A program made the position numbers and the translations under genes. Positions 1 to 9,422 of a DNA stretch of 64,000 nt are shown piece after piece; positions within the stretch are counted from its first letter, which is position 1; each line of letters begins with the position of its first letter. Origin of the DNA: Escherichia phage BYEP02. The stretch lies in the sequence record OR757454.1, one strand, 5' to 3'. A model generated the notes under the pieces. It ran no database searches. It worked only from the letters and a program-made list of their open reading frames with translations, and was not told the DNA's origin.

Positions 1-228
1 CGATTTGAAAATGGCATCACGGTTTCAATCACAATGGAAGGTTCCAACTTCAAAATTGCTTTGGATGATGATTTTCGTCAACGCGATTTAGGGACTCATC
101 CTTGCTGGAATGGCGTTAATCGCAAGCTTCTGGTTAAAACTTGGATTCGTCATATTCTGAGTAACAGAGCTAAACCTGAGCATCTTGAAGCAATCTTTGA
201 TGTAGTTCTTAACGAATTTGATATTTAA
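1..228 (+). CDS. hypothetical protein, 3' part (open reading frame runs off the left edge)
   Basis: Frame open from nt 1 to stop at 226-228; followed by GGGGCTTCGGCCCC hairpin. Confidence 0.4.
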   Translation, partial: RFENGITVSITMEGSNFKIALDDDFRQRDLGTHPCWNGVNRKLLVKTWIRHILSNRAKPEHLEAIFDVVLNEFDI

Positions 229-238
229 AATAAAAATG

Positions 239-254
239 AGGGGCTTCGGCCCCT
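239..254 (+). terminator. stem-loop AGGGGCTTCGGCCCCT (UUCG tetraloop)
   Basis: Perfect 6-bp GC stem after ORF stop; no strong U-tract. Confidence 0.4.
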
Positions 255-269
255 ATTGAGGAAAATATT

Positions 270-557
270 ATGTTTATGACTACTTATTTTGATACCCGCA
301 AAAATTTCTGTGAAGTTGTTTTCTCTAAGGCGCCTAAAGACCTTCCTGCACATTTGCAACCTACTAGCGAATCGATTAAAAACTACGTTGATGTGGTTTG
401 TCCTTTAGAGTTTCGTACTGTAAATGGGCGCGATACTTTAGCTATCACTAAACTCAATCGTGAAATTGACATTGACCCTTCAATTGCGCGCGAAATTAAT
501 ATCTCTGATATTGGTGGCGGTAATGTTAAATCGCACGGTTTTCAGATGAGGTTCTAA
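270..557 (+). CDS. hypothetical protein (95 aa)
   Basis: ORF with upstream GAGG RBS; position in small-gene cluster upstream of ligase. Confidence 0.5.
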   Translation: MFMTTYFDTRKNFCEVVFSKAPKDLPAHLQPTSESIKNYVDVVCPLEFRTVNGRDTLAITKLNREIDIDPSIAREINISDIGGGNVKSHGFQMRF

Positions 558-754
558 TGAAATTCTTTTTAGGTCAAACTGTTGAATTAAAGGGAGTTGG
601 TATACCTGGATTAATTTCTAAGGTTCTACCTCCATTTAAATGGAGTGGTATTCAAATAAAAGAGGCTTATATTGTTTCCTGGGTAGATGGAAATGAAGAC
701 CTTCGTATGGGTGATGAATTATCTCCTATCTACGGATTAAAGGAATTAGTATGA
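557..754 (+). CDS. hypothetical protein (65 aa)
   Basis: ORF; start overlaps previous stop (ATGA-type coupling). Confidence 0.45.
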   Translation: MKFFLGQTVELKGVGIPGLISKVLPPFKWSGIQIKEAYIVSWVDGNEDLRMGDELSPIYGLKELV

Positions 755-957
755 ATATAATTAATAAGATTTTTGGAATTCAGTACATTAAGGTCACATA
801 TAAAGTAACAGATAAAAATCCATATACTGATGAACATGAAGAACCACGAGTTGAGTCTATTATATTAGAAAAGGACCCTAACTGGCCAGTTGAATTTCGT
901 CTTCCTTGCTATGGTCATTGGGCTGATGTTGAAATTATAAGCATTGAAAATGTCTGA
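751..957 (+). CDS. hypothetical protein (68 aa)
   Basis: ORF overlapping previous stop. Confidence 0.45.
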   Translation: MNIINKIFGIQYIKVTYKVTDKNPYTDEHEEPRVESIILEKDPNWPVEFRLPCYGHWADVEIISIENV

Positions 958-1485
958 GTTAGAGATTAGAAGCAATTTTAGGTGGCCATCATGTGCATTA
1001 AGTAATTTCGCCCAATGGCCTTTCGTTATGGATGGTATTCAATTTGGAGGTCTTGAAGGATTCCTCCAAGGATGCAAGGTGAAAAACGTTGAACAACAAC
1101 GTCGTATATTTGGGTTATCTGGGCTTGCCGCTCAACAAGCTGGAAGGTCTTATGCTAGAGCTCAGGACCGTGGGACCCTCTTCTGGCTTGGAGTTCCGTT
1201 TTCAAGATACTCCCCGGCGTGGAAAGAATTATACACAAATGCATATTTTGAAGCAGCGTTCCAAAACAAGGGTTTTCGCGATGCATTACAAGCCTCGAAA
1301 GGAAAAGTTTTGAAGCACAGCATGGCTAGTGGTCTAACAAAAGATGATACTTTCGTGATGCATTACAAGCCTCGAAAGGAAAAGTTTTGAAGCACAGCAT
1401 GGCTAGTGGTCTAACAAAAGATGATACAATACTAACCGAAGCTGAATTTATTGATGTGTTAAACCTATTAAGAGACTCTCTATGA
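944..1485 (+). CDS. NADAR-like (YbiA/DUF1768-like) domain protein, frameshifted by a 77-nt duplication
   Basis: LSNFAQWPFVMDGIQFGGLEGFLQGCK resembles the NADAR motif FSNFA.WP..DG..W..EH.FQA.K from memory; reading one duplicate copy restores the frame to stop at 1483-1485. Confidence 0.4.
1274..1427. repeat. 77-nt tandem duplication
   Basis: Copies 1274-1350 and 1351-1427, 1 mismatch; in NADAR-like ORF. Confidence 0.9.
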
Positions 1486-2321
1486 AGCCTACTATTTTAA
1501 CTGATATTGATGGAGTGTGTTTAAGCTGGCAATCAGGCCTTCCTTATTTTGCTCAGAAATATAATCTTCCGTTGGAACATATTTTAAAAATGATCCAAGA
1601 TGAAAAATTTATTTCTCCTGGTAAACTTTTTAATTGTGATGAAGAACTTGGTGTCAAGTTAATTGAAAAATACAATCGTTCAGATTTTATTCGTTACTTG
1701 TCTCCATATAAAGATGCTCTGTGTGTAATTAACAAATTAAAAGAAGATTATAATTTTGTAGCTGTTACAGCGCTGGGTGATTCTATTGACGCTCTGCTGA
1801 ATCGTCAATTTAATTTGAATGCTCTTTTTCCTGGTGCCTTCTCAGAAGTACTGATGTGTGGTCATGATTCTTCAAAAGAAGAGTTGTTCAAAAAGGCAAA
1901 AGAGAAATATAACGTAATTTGTTATATTGACGATCTCGCTCACCACTGCGATCACGCGAGTGAAATATTAAGTGTTCCTGTTTATTGGATGGCTCGAGGG
2001 GAACGTGACAGTATTCCAAAAACTGCTCAGCGAGTTTATACATGGAACGATGTAGAGAATAAGCTTTTTTCACCAAAGGAAAATAAAGAAAGTTTTGATA
2101 GTGAAAAAGCTATAAAAGATGTAATTGAAAAGATGATTAAAAACGATTCTTTTCGTTGGAACACTACCTGGAGAACTCCTGGATTTAATCCTTATAATCA
2201 TCTATATCATCCATATCAGACACATCCGTTTCAGACATGGAACTATATTAAACCCGGCGGTATAGAGTATTTGTATAATAGACTTACTAGTGGTGATAAT
2301 ATTTTCCAAGGAGCATTCTAA
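1482..2321 (+). CDS. HAD-superfamily hydrolase-like protein (279 aa)
   Basis: N-terminal ILTDIDGV matches HAD motif I (DxDxT/V); later YIDD motif. Confidence 0.5.
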   Translation: MKPTILTDIDGVCLSWQSGLPYFAQKYNLPLEHILKMIQDEKFISPGKLFNCDEELGVKLIEKYNRSDFIRYLSPYKDALCVINKLKEDYNFVAVTALGDSIDALLNRQFNLNALFPGAFSEVLMCGHDSSKEELFKKAKEKYNVICYIDDLAHHCDHASEILSVPVYWMARGERDSIPKTAQRVYTWNDVENKLFSPKENKESFDSEKAIKDVIEKMIKNDSFRWNTTWRTPGFNPYNHLYHPYQTHPFQTWNYIKPGGIEYLYNRLTSGDNIFQGAF

Positions 2322-2587
2322 TGTTTGTCGTTCACACTATTTATGAAAATGAAGGTAATACTACACGTGATTACGGTCACGTAAATCAATTTTTTAGATG
2401 CAATCCAGAATTCCGAGCTCAAAAAGACGAACGAATTTTTAAAAAATGTGTAGAGCAAGGTTTCATTTACGTCAAGCACTGGATGCAAGGAAATAAAGTT
2501 AGAACTACATATCATAAGTCTTTGCCTGAGCTTAATGATGAATTGATTTATAATAGAGCTGTAAACCAAACTCTGAAGGATGAATAA
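2321..2587 (+). CDS. hypothetical protein (88 aa)
   Basis: ORF immediately upstream of ligase. Confidence 0.5.
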   Translation: MFVVHTIYENEGNTTRDYGHVNQFFRCNPEFRAQKDERIFKKCVEQGFIYVKHWMQGNKVRTTYHKSLPELNDELIYNRAVNQTLKDE

Positions 2588-4050
2588 TGATTCTTAAAAT
2601 TCTGAATGAAATAGCATCTATTGGTTCAACTAAGCAGAAGCAAGCAATTCTTGAAAAGAATAAAGATAATGAATTGCTTAAACGAGTATATCGTCTGACT
2701 TATTCTCGTGGGTTGCAGTATTATATCAAGAAATGGCCTAAACCTGGTATTGCTACCCAGAGTTTTGGAATGCTGACCATTACCGATATGCTTGACTTCA
2801 TTGAATTCACGTTAGCTACTCGGAAATTGACTGGAAATGCTGCAATTGAGGAATTGACTGGATATATCACCGATGGTAAAAAGGATGATGTTGAAGTTTT
2901 GCGTCGAGTTATGATGCGAGACCTTGAATGCGGTGCTTCAGTATCTATTGCAAACAAAGTTTGGCCAGGTTTAATTCCTGAACAACCTCAAATGCTGGCA
3001 AGTTCTTATGATGAAAAAGGCATTAGTAAGAATATCAAGTTTCCAGCTTTTGCACAGTTAAAAGCAGATGGAGCTCGGTGTTTTGCTGAAGTCCGAGGTG
3101 ATGAATTAGATGATGTTCGTCTTTTATCACGAGCTGGTAATGAATATCTAGGATTAGATCTTCTTAAGGAAGAATTAATCAAAATGACTGCTGAAGCCCG
3201 CCAGATTCATCCAGAAGGTGTGTTAATTGATGGCGAATTGGTATACCATGAGCAAGTTAAAAAGGAACCAGAAGGACTAGATTTTCTTTTTGATGCTTAT
3301 CCTGAAATTAGTAAAGCTAAAGAATTCGCCGAAGTAGCGGAATCTCGTACTACTTCTAATGGAATCGCCAATAAATCCTTAAAAGGAACCATTTCTGAAA
3401 AAGAAGCTCAATGTATGAAGTTTCAGGTCTGGGATTATGTCCCGTTGGTAGAAATATACGGTCTTCCGGCGTTTCGTTTAAAATATGATGTACGTTTTTC
3501 TAAACTAGAACAAATGACATCAGGATATGATAAAGTAATTTTAATTGAAAACCAGGTAGTAAATAACCTAGATGAAGCTAAGGTAATTTATAAAAAGTAT
3601 ATTGACCAAGGTCTTGAAGGTATTATTCTCAAAAATATCGATGGATTATGGGAAAATGCTCGTTCAAAAAATCTCTATAAATTTAAAGAAGTAATTGATG
3701 TTGATTTAAAAATTGTAGGAATTTATCCTCACCGTAAAGACCCTACTAAAGCAGGTGGATTTATTCTTGAGTCAGAGTGTGGAAAAATTAAGGTAAATGC
3801 TGGTTCAGGCTTAAAAGATAAAGCCGGTGTAAAATCGCATGAACTTGACCGTACTCGCATTATGGAAAACCAAAATTATTATATTGGAAAAATTCTAGAG
3901 TGCGAATGCAATGGTTGGTTAAAATCTGATGGCCGCACTGATTACGTTAAATTATTTCTTCCGATTGCGATTCGTTTACGTGAAGATAAAACTAAAGCTA
4001 ATACGTTCGAAGATGTATTTGGCGATTTTCATGAGGTAACTGGTCTATGA
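2587..4050 (+). CDS. 30: ATP-dependent DNA ligase (487 aa)
   Basis: Translation recognised as T4 gp30; KADGAR adenylation motif (KxDG); length 487 aa. Confidence 0.93.
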   Translation: MILKILNEIASIGSTKQKQAILEKNKDNELLKRVYRLTYSRGLQYYIKKWPKPGIATQSFGMLTITDMLDFIEFTLATRKLTGNAAIEELTGYITDGKKDDVEVLRRVMMRDLECGASVSIANKVWPGLIPEQPQMLASSYDEKGISKNIKFPAFAQLKADGARCFAEVRGDELDDVRLLSRAGNEYLGLDLLKEELIKMTAEARQIHPEGVLIDGELVYHEQVKKEPEGLDFLFDAYPEISKAKEFAEVAESRTTSNGIANKSLKGTISEKEAQCMKFQVWDYVPLVEIYGLPAFRLKYDVRFSKLEQMTSGYDKVILIENQVVNNLDEAKVIYKKYIDQGLEGIILKNIDGLWENARSKNLYKFKEVIDVDLKIVGIYPHRKDPTKAGGFILESECGKIKVNAGSGLKDKAGVKSHELDRTRIMENQNYYIGKILECECNGWLKSDGRTDYVKLFLPIAIRLREDKTKANTFEDVFGDFHEVTGL

Positions 4051-4235
4051 AAGCTTACTTAGAAACAATTGTCGTGGCTCAAAAAGAAGGTGGAGATGTT
4101 TCTACTTCTGTATCACAAGTCATTCTCGAATTTGTAGATGCATACGCTTATAATAAATTTACAGAAACATTTGATGCTTATGAAAAAGGTCCAAAGTTTG
4201 AAATATATCGTACTCTCTTACCTATAGATTATTAA
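4047..4235 (+). CDS. hypothetical protein (62 aa)
   Basis: ORF between ligase and alt; followed by AAGGCCTTCGGGCCTT hairpin. Confidence 0.45.
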   Translation: MKAYLETIVVAQKEGGDVSTSVSQVILEFVDAYAYNKFTETFDAYEKGPKFEIYRTLLPIDY

Positions 4236-4250
4236 AGGCCTTCGGGCCTT
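4235..4250 (+). terminator. stem-loop AAGGCCTTCGGGCCTT with downstream T-rich tract
   Basis: Between ORF 4047-4235 and alt. Confidence 0.45.
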
Positions 4251-4256
4251 TAATTT

Positions 4257-4264
4257 TATAAATA
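4257..4264 (+). promoter_or_regulatory. T4-type late promoter core TATAAATA (alt)
   Basis: Exact TATAAATA 21 nt upstream of alt ATG. Confidence 0.6.
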
Positions 4265-4284
4265 GAATAAACACTAGAGAGGAT

Positions 4285-6612
4285 ATGATGGAACTAATTA
4301 CAGAATTATTTGACGAAGATACTACTCTTCCGATTACAAACTTAAATCCAAAGAAGAAAATACCACAAATTTTTTCAGTTCATGTTGATGACGCAATTGA
4401 ACAACCAGGCTTTCGTTTATGTACCTATACATCTGGAGGTGATACTAATCGTGATTTAAAGATGGGCGATAAAATGATGCACATTGTTCCTTTTACATTA
4501 ACTGCTAAAGGTTCAATTGCTAAATTGAAAGGTCTTGGTCCAAGCCCAATTAATTATATCAATTCAGTTTTTACTGTTGCAATGCAAACAATGCGTCAGT
4601 ATAAAATTGATGCCTGCATGCTTCGTATTCTTAAGTCTAAAACCGCTGGTCAAGCTCGACAAATTCAAGTTATTGCTGATAGACTTATCCGTAGTCGTTC
4701 AGGTGGCAGATACGTCCTTCTTAAGGAACTCTGGGATTATGATAAAAAGTATGCATATATTCTTATACATCGCAAAAATGTATCACTAGAAGACATTCCA
4801 GGAGTTCCGGAAATTAGTACCGAGCTCTTTACTAAAGTTGAATCGAAGGTCGGTGATGTTTATATCAATAAAGATACTGGAGCTCAAGTAACTAAAAATG
4901 AGGCAATTGCAGCATCTATTGCAAGGTCGGTGATGTTTATATCAATAAAGATACTGGAGCTCAAGTAACTAAAAATGAGGCAATTGCAGCATCTATTGCA
5001 CAAGAAAACGATAAACGTTCTGACCAAGCTGTAATCGTTAAAGTTAAAATTTCCCGTAGAGCAATTGCACAAAGTCAATCATTAGAGTCTTCTAGATTTG
5101 AAAGTGAATTATTCCAGAAGTATGAATCTACAGCAGCTAATTTTAATAAACCAGCTACTGCACCTTTAATTCCCGAAGCAGAAGAAATGAAAATTGGAAT
5201 TAATTCATTAGCTTCTAAAACTAAGGCAGCAAAAATCATTGCCGAAGGAACTGCAGATGAACTTCATTATGACTATAAATTCTTTTCAAAAAGTGAGGTT
5301 AATGAAGTTTCTGAAAAAATTAAAGATGTAATTCTTAATGCGATTAAAAATGAACCAACCACTTCAATAAAATGTTTAGAGAAATACGCAGCAGCTGTTA
5401 ATCAATTCTTTGAAGAATATAAAGATAATTGGCTTGATAAACATAATAAAACACGTAAAGGACAGCCAGATGAAGTCTGGGAAGAAATAACTAAAAATTC
5501 CTGGAACGCGACAAAAACTAAATTCCTCAAAAGAATGATTTATAGTTTCTCTGGAATTGGTGCAGGTCCAATGATTGATATTACTATTGCCCGTGATGGT
5601 TCTAAATATACTCCATCACAAAAGCGCGGCATTAGAGAGTATTGCGGTTCAGGATATACTGACATCAATAATCTTCTTTTAGGACGCTACAATCCAGAAC
5701 GATATGATGTAATGAGTGAAAAAGAAATTGAATCTGCTATAAATAACTTAGATTCAGCTTTTGAAAATGGTGACCGCATACCGGAAGGCATCACAGTTTA
5801 TCGTGCTCAAAGCATGACTGCTCCTATATACGAAGCATTAGTTAAAAATAAAGTATTCTATTTCAGAAATTTTGTATCTACTTCTTTAACTCCTATCATT
5901 TTTGGACGTTTTGGATAGTTAAAAATAAAGTATTCTATTTCAGAAATTTTGTATCTACTTCTTTAACTCCTATCATTTTTGGACGTTTTGGAATTACACA
6001 TGCTGGTATTGGTCTTTTAGAACCAGAAGCTCGCAATGAATTAACAGTTGATAAAAATGAAGAAGGAATAACTATTAATCCAAACGAAATAAGAGCGTAT
6101 AAAGAAAATCCTGAATACGTTAAAGTTCAAATAGGATGGGCAATTGATGGAGCAATCCAAACGAAATAAGAGCGTATAAAGAAAATCCTGAATACGTTAA
6201 AGTTCAAATAGGATGGGCAATTGATGGAGCTCATAAAGTTAATGTTGTATATCCAGGAAGTCTCGGAATAGCAACAGAAGCTGAAGTTATTCTACCGCGT
6301 GGATTGATGGTCAAAGTTAATAAAATAACTGATGCTTCTAATAATGACGGAACAACATCTAATAATACAAAACTCATTCAAGCTGAAGTTATGACCACGG
6401 AAGAGCTCACCGAATCGGTAATCTATGATGGAGACCATTTAATGGAAACTGGTGAATTGGTTGCAATGACAGGTGATATTGAAATAGAAGACAGAGTTGA
6501 CTTTGCATCATTTGTTTCATCAAATGTTAAACAGAAAGTAGAATCATCTCTTGGAATTATTGCGTCTTGCATAGATATTGCAAACATGCCTTACAAGTTC
6601 GTTCAAGGATAA
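4285..6612 (+). CDS. alt: ADP-ribosyltransferase Alt, interrupted by three 77-nt duplications
   Basis: N-terminus MELITELFDEDTTLPITNLNPKK recognised as T4 Alt; TATAAATA late promoter 21 nt upstream; total length fits about 682 aa plus three 77-nt inserts. Confidence 0.8.
4846..4999. repeat. 77-nt tandem duplication
   Basis: Period 77 verified; in alt. Confidence 0.9.
5841..5994. repeat. 77-nt tandem duplication
   Basis: Period 77 verified; in alt. Confidence 0.9.
6075..6228. repeat. 77-nt tandem duplication
   Basis: Period 77 verified; in alt. Confidence 0.85.
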
Positions 6613-6615
6613 ATC

Positions 6616-7001
6616 ATGGAACTTATTACATAATTATTTGACGGCGCTTCGGCGCCGGTTGTTAACTTAAATCCTAAGCATAAAATACCACAAATTTTTG
6701 CTATTCAAGCCGGCGAAGAAAGCGTGCTTCCTGGATTTAGATTTTGTACATACACCTCTGGCGGTGATACAGATAAAACGTTAAACCAGGCGACAAAATG
6801 ATGCATATCGTAATGATAGGTGTTAATGAGAAACTATCATTAGTTAAGCTTAAAAACTTGGGTGGAAATCCAATTGGTGTCATTAATGCTGTTTTTGATA
6901 CTGCTCTTCAAACAATGAAACAGTATAAAATCGACGCATGCCTATTACGCGTACTAAAAAGTTCAAAATGTAGTTTACAAGTCCCTCGTGTTGTGTTATA
7001 G
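6616..7001 (+). pseudogene. decayed paralogue of the alt N-terminal region
   Basis: Starts MELIT then TAA at codon 6; GGCGCTTCGGCGCC hairpin replaces codons; frameshift near codon 55; downstream ORF 6798-7001 (MMHIV...QYKIDACLLRVLKS) parallels Alt residues about 63-125. Confidence 0.5.
6643..6656 (+). terminator. stem-loop GGCGCTTCGGCGCC after alt
   Basis: GC stem with UUCG loop 31 nt after alt stop. Confidence 0.45.
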
Positions 7002-7033
7002 TAGTCTTACTGACATAACATGAGGAACACAAA

Positions 7034-7324
7034 ATGAAATCTTCTTTACGCTTTTTAGGTCAAGAACTTGTAGTTGAAGGCGTTATTCCTGCTGATAATG
7101 CTTTTAATGAAGCAGTTTATGATGAATTTATCAAAATTTTCGGAACAGATAAAAAGTTTGGAATTTTTCCTTCTGAAAATTTTTCAAAGCCAGAACAGAC
7201 TGAAAGTATTTTTCAGGGTGTAGTAACAGGTAAATTTGAGTCAGAAGCTCCGGTAAAAATTGAAGTTTATATTGAAGACAGTTTAGTTGCTTCAGTTGCT
7301 GCTTTCATTTCATTCCGTAAATAA
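7034..7324 (+). CDS. hypothetical protein (96 aa)
   Basis: ORF with GAGGAA RBS; ends at bidirectional terminator. Confidence 0.5.
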   Translation: MKSSLRFLGQELVVEGVIPADNAFNEAVYDEFIKIFGTDKKFGIFPSENFSKPEQTESIFQGVVTGKFESEAPVKIEVYIEDSLVASVAAFISFRK

Positions 7325-7330
7325 AAATAT

Positions 7331-7348
7331 GGGGACCGAAAGGTCCCC
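7331..7348. terminator. bidirectional hairpin GGGGACCGAAAGGTCCCC between convergent genes
   Basis: Between + ORF end 7324 and gp54 stop 7397; A/T-rich flanks both sides. Confidence 0.6.
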
Positions 7349-7396
7349 GTTGTTATATTGCTCCTAATATTTTACTCTGCGAATTGACAATCCCTG

Positions 7397-8320
7397 TCAT
7401 AGTATACTAATATTTGAAATGCTTCCTGAGGTTCCTCCTAGTCTACTAAGTCGTGAAAGCGAATTAGATAGTCCAGTAACACCTCCACTATTTCCGAGAA
7501 CGCTTTGAATACCATTTATAGCAGCAGATTCAAGCCATTCAAGCGCAGCTTGCCTATCAACTGCTCCAGCCTGCATCACTCTGTACGCAAAAGTAACATC
7601 AAATGTAGTTATTTGGTTATCTCCATCATATGATAACTCAGGAGCGCTCACTGATATTGGAATGCATCCGGTGAACATCACAGCAGTATGAGGTAATCCA
7701 TTGCGAGAATGAAGATTAACCTGAATGTCTGCCTCGACATCTTGTGGCAAAGCGCGTAATCCAGTTACTGGGTCTTGAACGGAGTTAACCCAGTCTTGCA
7801 TTGCACGATAGTTACAAGCTTCTGAATCCATTCTAAATGAAATAACCAAAGGGTCTAATTCTCTCCCAGTTATACGAATATTAGGAGAATTATAGTTCCA
7901 GTCAGTTTCATAGGATAATCTATTCTCTGGCATTTTTACAGAATATATCATCAATCCAGATGAGTTATATGCCATGTTAAAGAAGTCAATTAAATATGTA
8001 CCAACTGTAAATGAGCCCAATAAACTTTGAACTGTACGTTGACTCATGGCACCAATAAGATATTTACTAACCCCTGATTTTCTTATCAGTTTTTGTGTGC
8101 CAGCTGTAATTAGCGTGGTAATTCCCTGATTAATATCACCTTGAGTTAATCCTAACCAATTTGAATTTAGGCCCAAGTTATTATAAGAAAAGTTGCTAAT
8201 TGAACTTATCAACGAAGAGCTTTTAGTTGATGGAGTTGTTGCAAAAACGCAGCTAAACATATTATTACGTTGGAAATCTGCGTTTATTGCTTGATTATTA
8301 AATTCCTCTAAAGAATACAT
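7397..8320 (-). CDS. 54: baseplate tail-tube initiator
   Basis: Position after gp48 in conserved order 29-48-54; 307-aa ORF; start overlaps gp48 stop. Confidence 0.8.
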   Translation of the reverse strand: MYSLEEFNNQAINADFQRNNMFSCVFATTPSTKSSSLISSISNFSYNNLGLNSNWLGLTQGDINQGITTLITAGTQKLIRKSGVSKYLIGAMSQRTVQSLLGSFTVGTYLIDFFNMAYNSSGLMIYSVKMPENRLSYETDWNYNSPNIRITGRELDPLVISFRMDSEACNYRAMQDWVNSVQDPVTGLRALPQDVEADIQVNLHSRNGLPHTAVMFTGCIPISVSAPELSYDGDNQITTFDVTFAYRVMQAGAVDRQAALEWLESAAINGIQSVLGNSGGVTGLSNSLSRLSRLGGTSGSISNISIL

Positions 8321-9414
8321 TAAAAAGTCCCCGCATATAAAGAAGCACGGTTTAACGTGATAATTTCTCTCATAGTAATCTCGAGAGTAAATGTACTAGG
8401 GAGGTTTGGAGCAATAGCTAATCCGTTAAAGTTACCATTAGGTGTTTTATCAAATCTAATGCTCTGTATTTGGCATGGACCAAATATTTCCGTTTTTCCA
8501 TCAAACTTAGATGTTGCACCAAAGTTTTTCACCATCCAAACTGTCGGGTTTGAAACTACAAGAACGTTCGTTAAACTTGCTGTCATTTTCTCAAATAGTG
8601 TTTTATTTTTAGCTGCGTCTTCCGGAGATAAAGGTTCAATTAACGTAGAACGATACCAATCATCCAAATACCCCTTTATTTCAGCAGCGTATTGAGATTT
8701 ACCTGTTTCGCCATAAGAAAAATAGTTAAAATATTGATAGATATTAATAATAGCCATTAAATCTTCTGTTGAACGTGGAGTCAAATCCCATGTAAACACT
8801 TTAGTTCTATTTTCAGCACCACCATACATACTTCTGGCTGTCGTATAAATCTGTTCATTATTATCAGCCATTATACCTTGTGTTATACTTTCCAGTGCCC
8901 CAAATACTGCGGTTGAAGCAATATTACTTAGCACACCAGTAGCAGTACCTCCGCCTCTACTGATAAGGCTTTCTTGAACATCATTAAATCTATGTGTTGA
9001 TGTATCAACATCAGATTTAGATCTCGGTAAAAGAATGTTTGCGACAGGAGCTTTACTTATTGTTCCTGAATTATTATTTGATATTAATCCATTTGATAGT
9101 TTTGATACTGTACTACTAATAGTGTTTCTAGCTGTACTTAAAATACTCGAAGATGAAGAAGAGTAGTTAGATCTCATCGATCTAAGACTTCCAGAATCCC
9201 TAGATGACATATTGTATGCAGTAAATAATAATCCATTCTTATATAGATCTGTTACCTGGAAGTCCCCTGTAGTGTCATTACCACTAGCACGCCCAGTTGG
9301 AAACTGGGCAGTGTATGTTTTAGTTACTACTTCTGATTTAGTGCTCTGTCCGGCTGAAATTTTCTCACCGGACTTTTTAATTAAATCAGTAGTTATTTCT
9401 TTAACAATTGCCAT
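8320..9414 (-). CDS. 48: baseplate tail-tube cap (364 aa)
   Basis: 364 aa matches T4 gp48 length; gene order. Confidence 0.8.
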   Translation of the reverse strand: MAIVKEITTDLIKKSGEKISAGQSTKSEVVTKTYTAQFPTGRASGNDTTGDFQVTDLYKNGLLFTAYNMSSRDSGSLRSMRSNYSSSSSSILSTARNTISSTVSKLSNGLISNNNSGTISKAPVANILLPRSKSDVDTSTHRFNDVQESLISRGGGTATGVLSNIASTAVFGALESITQGIMADNNEQIYTTARSMYGGAENRTKVFTWDLTPRSTEDLMAIINIYQYFNYFSYGETGKSQYAAEIKGYLDDWYRSTLIEPLSPEDAAKNKTLFEKMTASLTNVLVVSNPTVWMVKNFGATSKFDGKTEIFGPCQIQSIRFDKTPNGNFNGLAIAPNLPSTFTLEITMREIITLNRASLYAGTF

Positions 9415-9422
9415 ATTATTCC

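Noticed and set aside
4535-4789. 84-aa + strand ORF inside alt in another frame
   Set aside because: Fully nested in the alt coding region in a different frame, with a hydrophobic low-complexity translation and no RBS.
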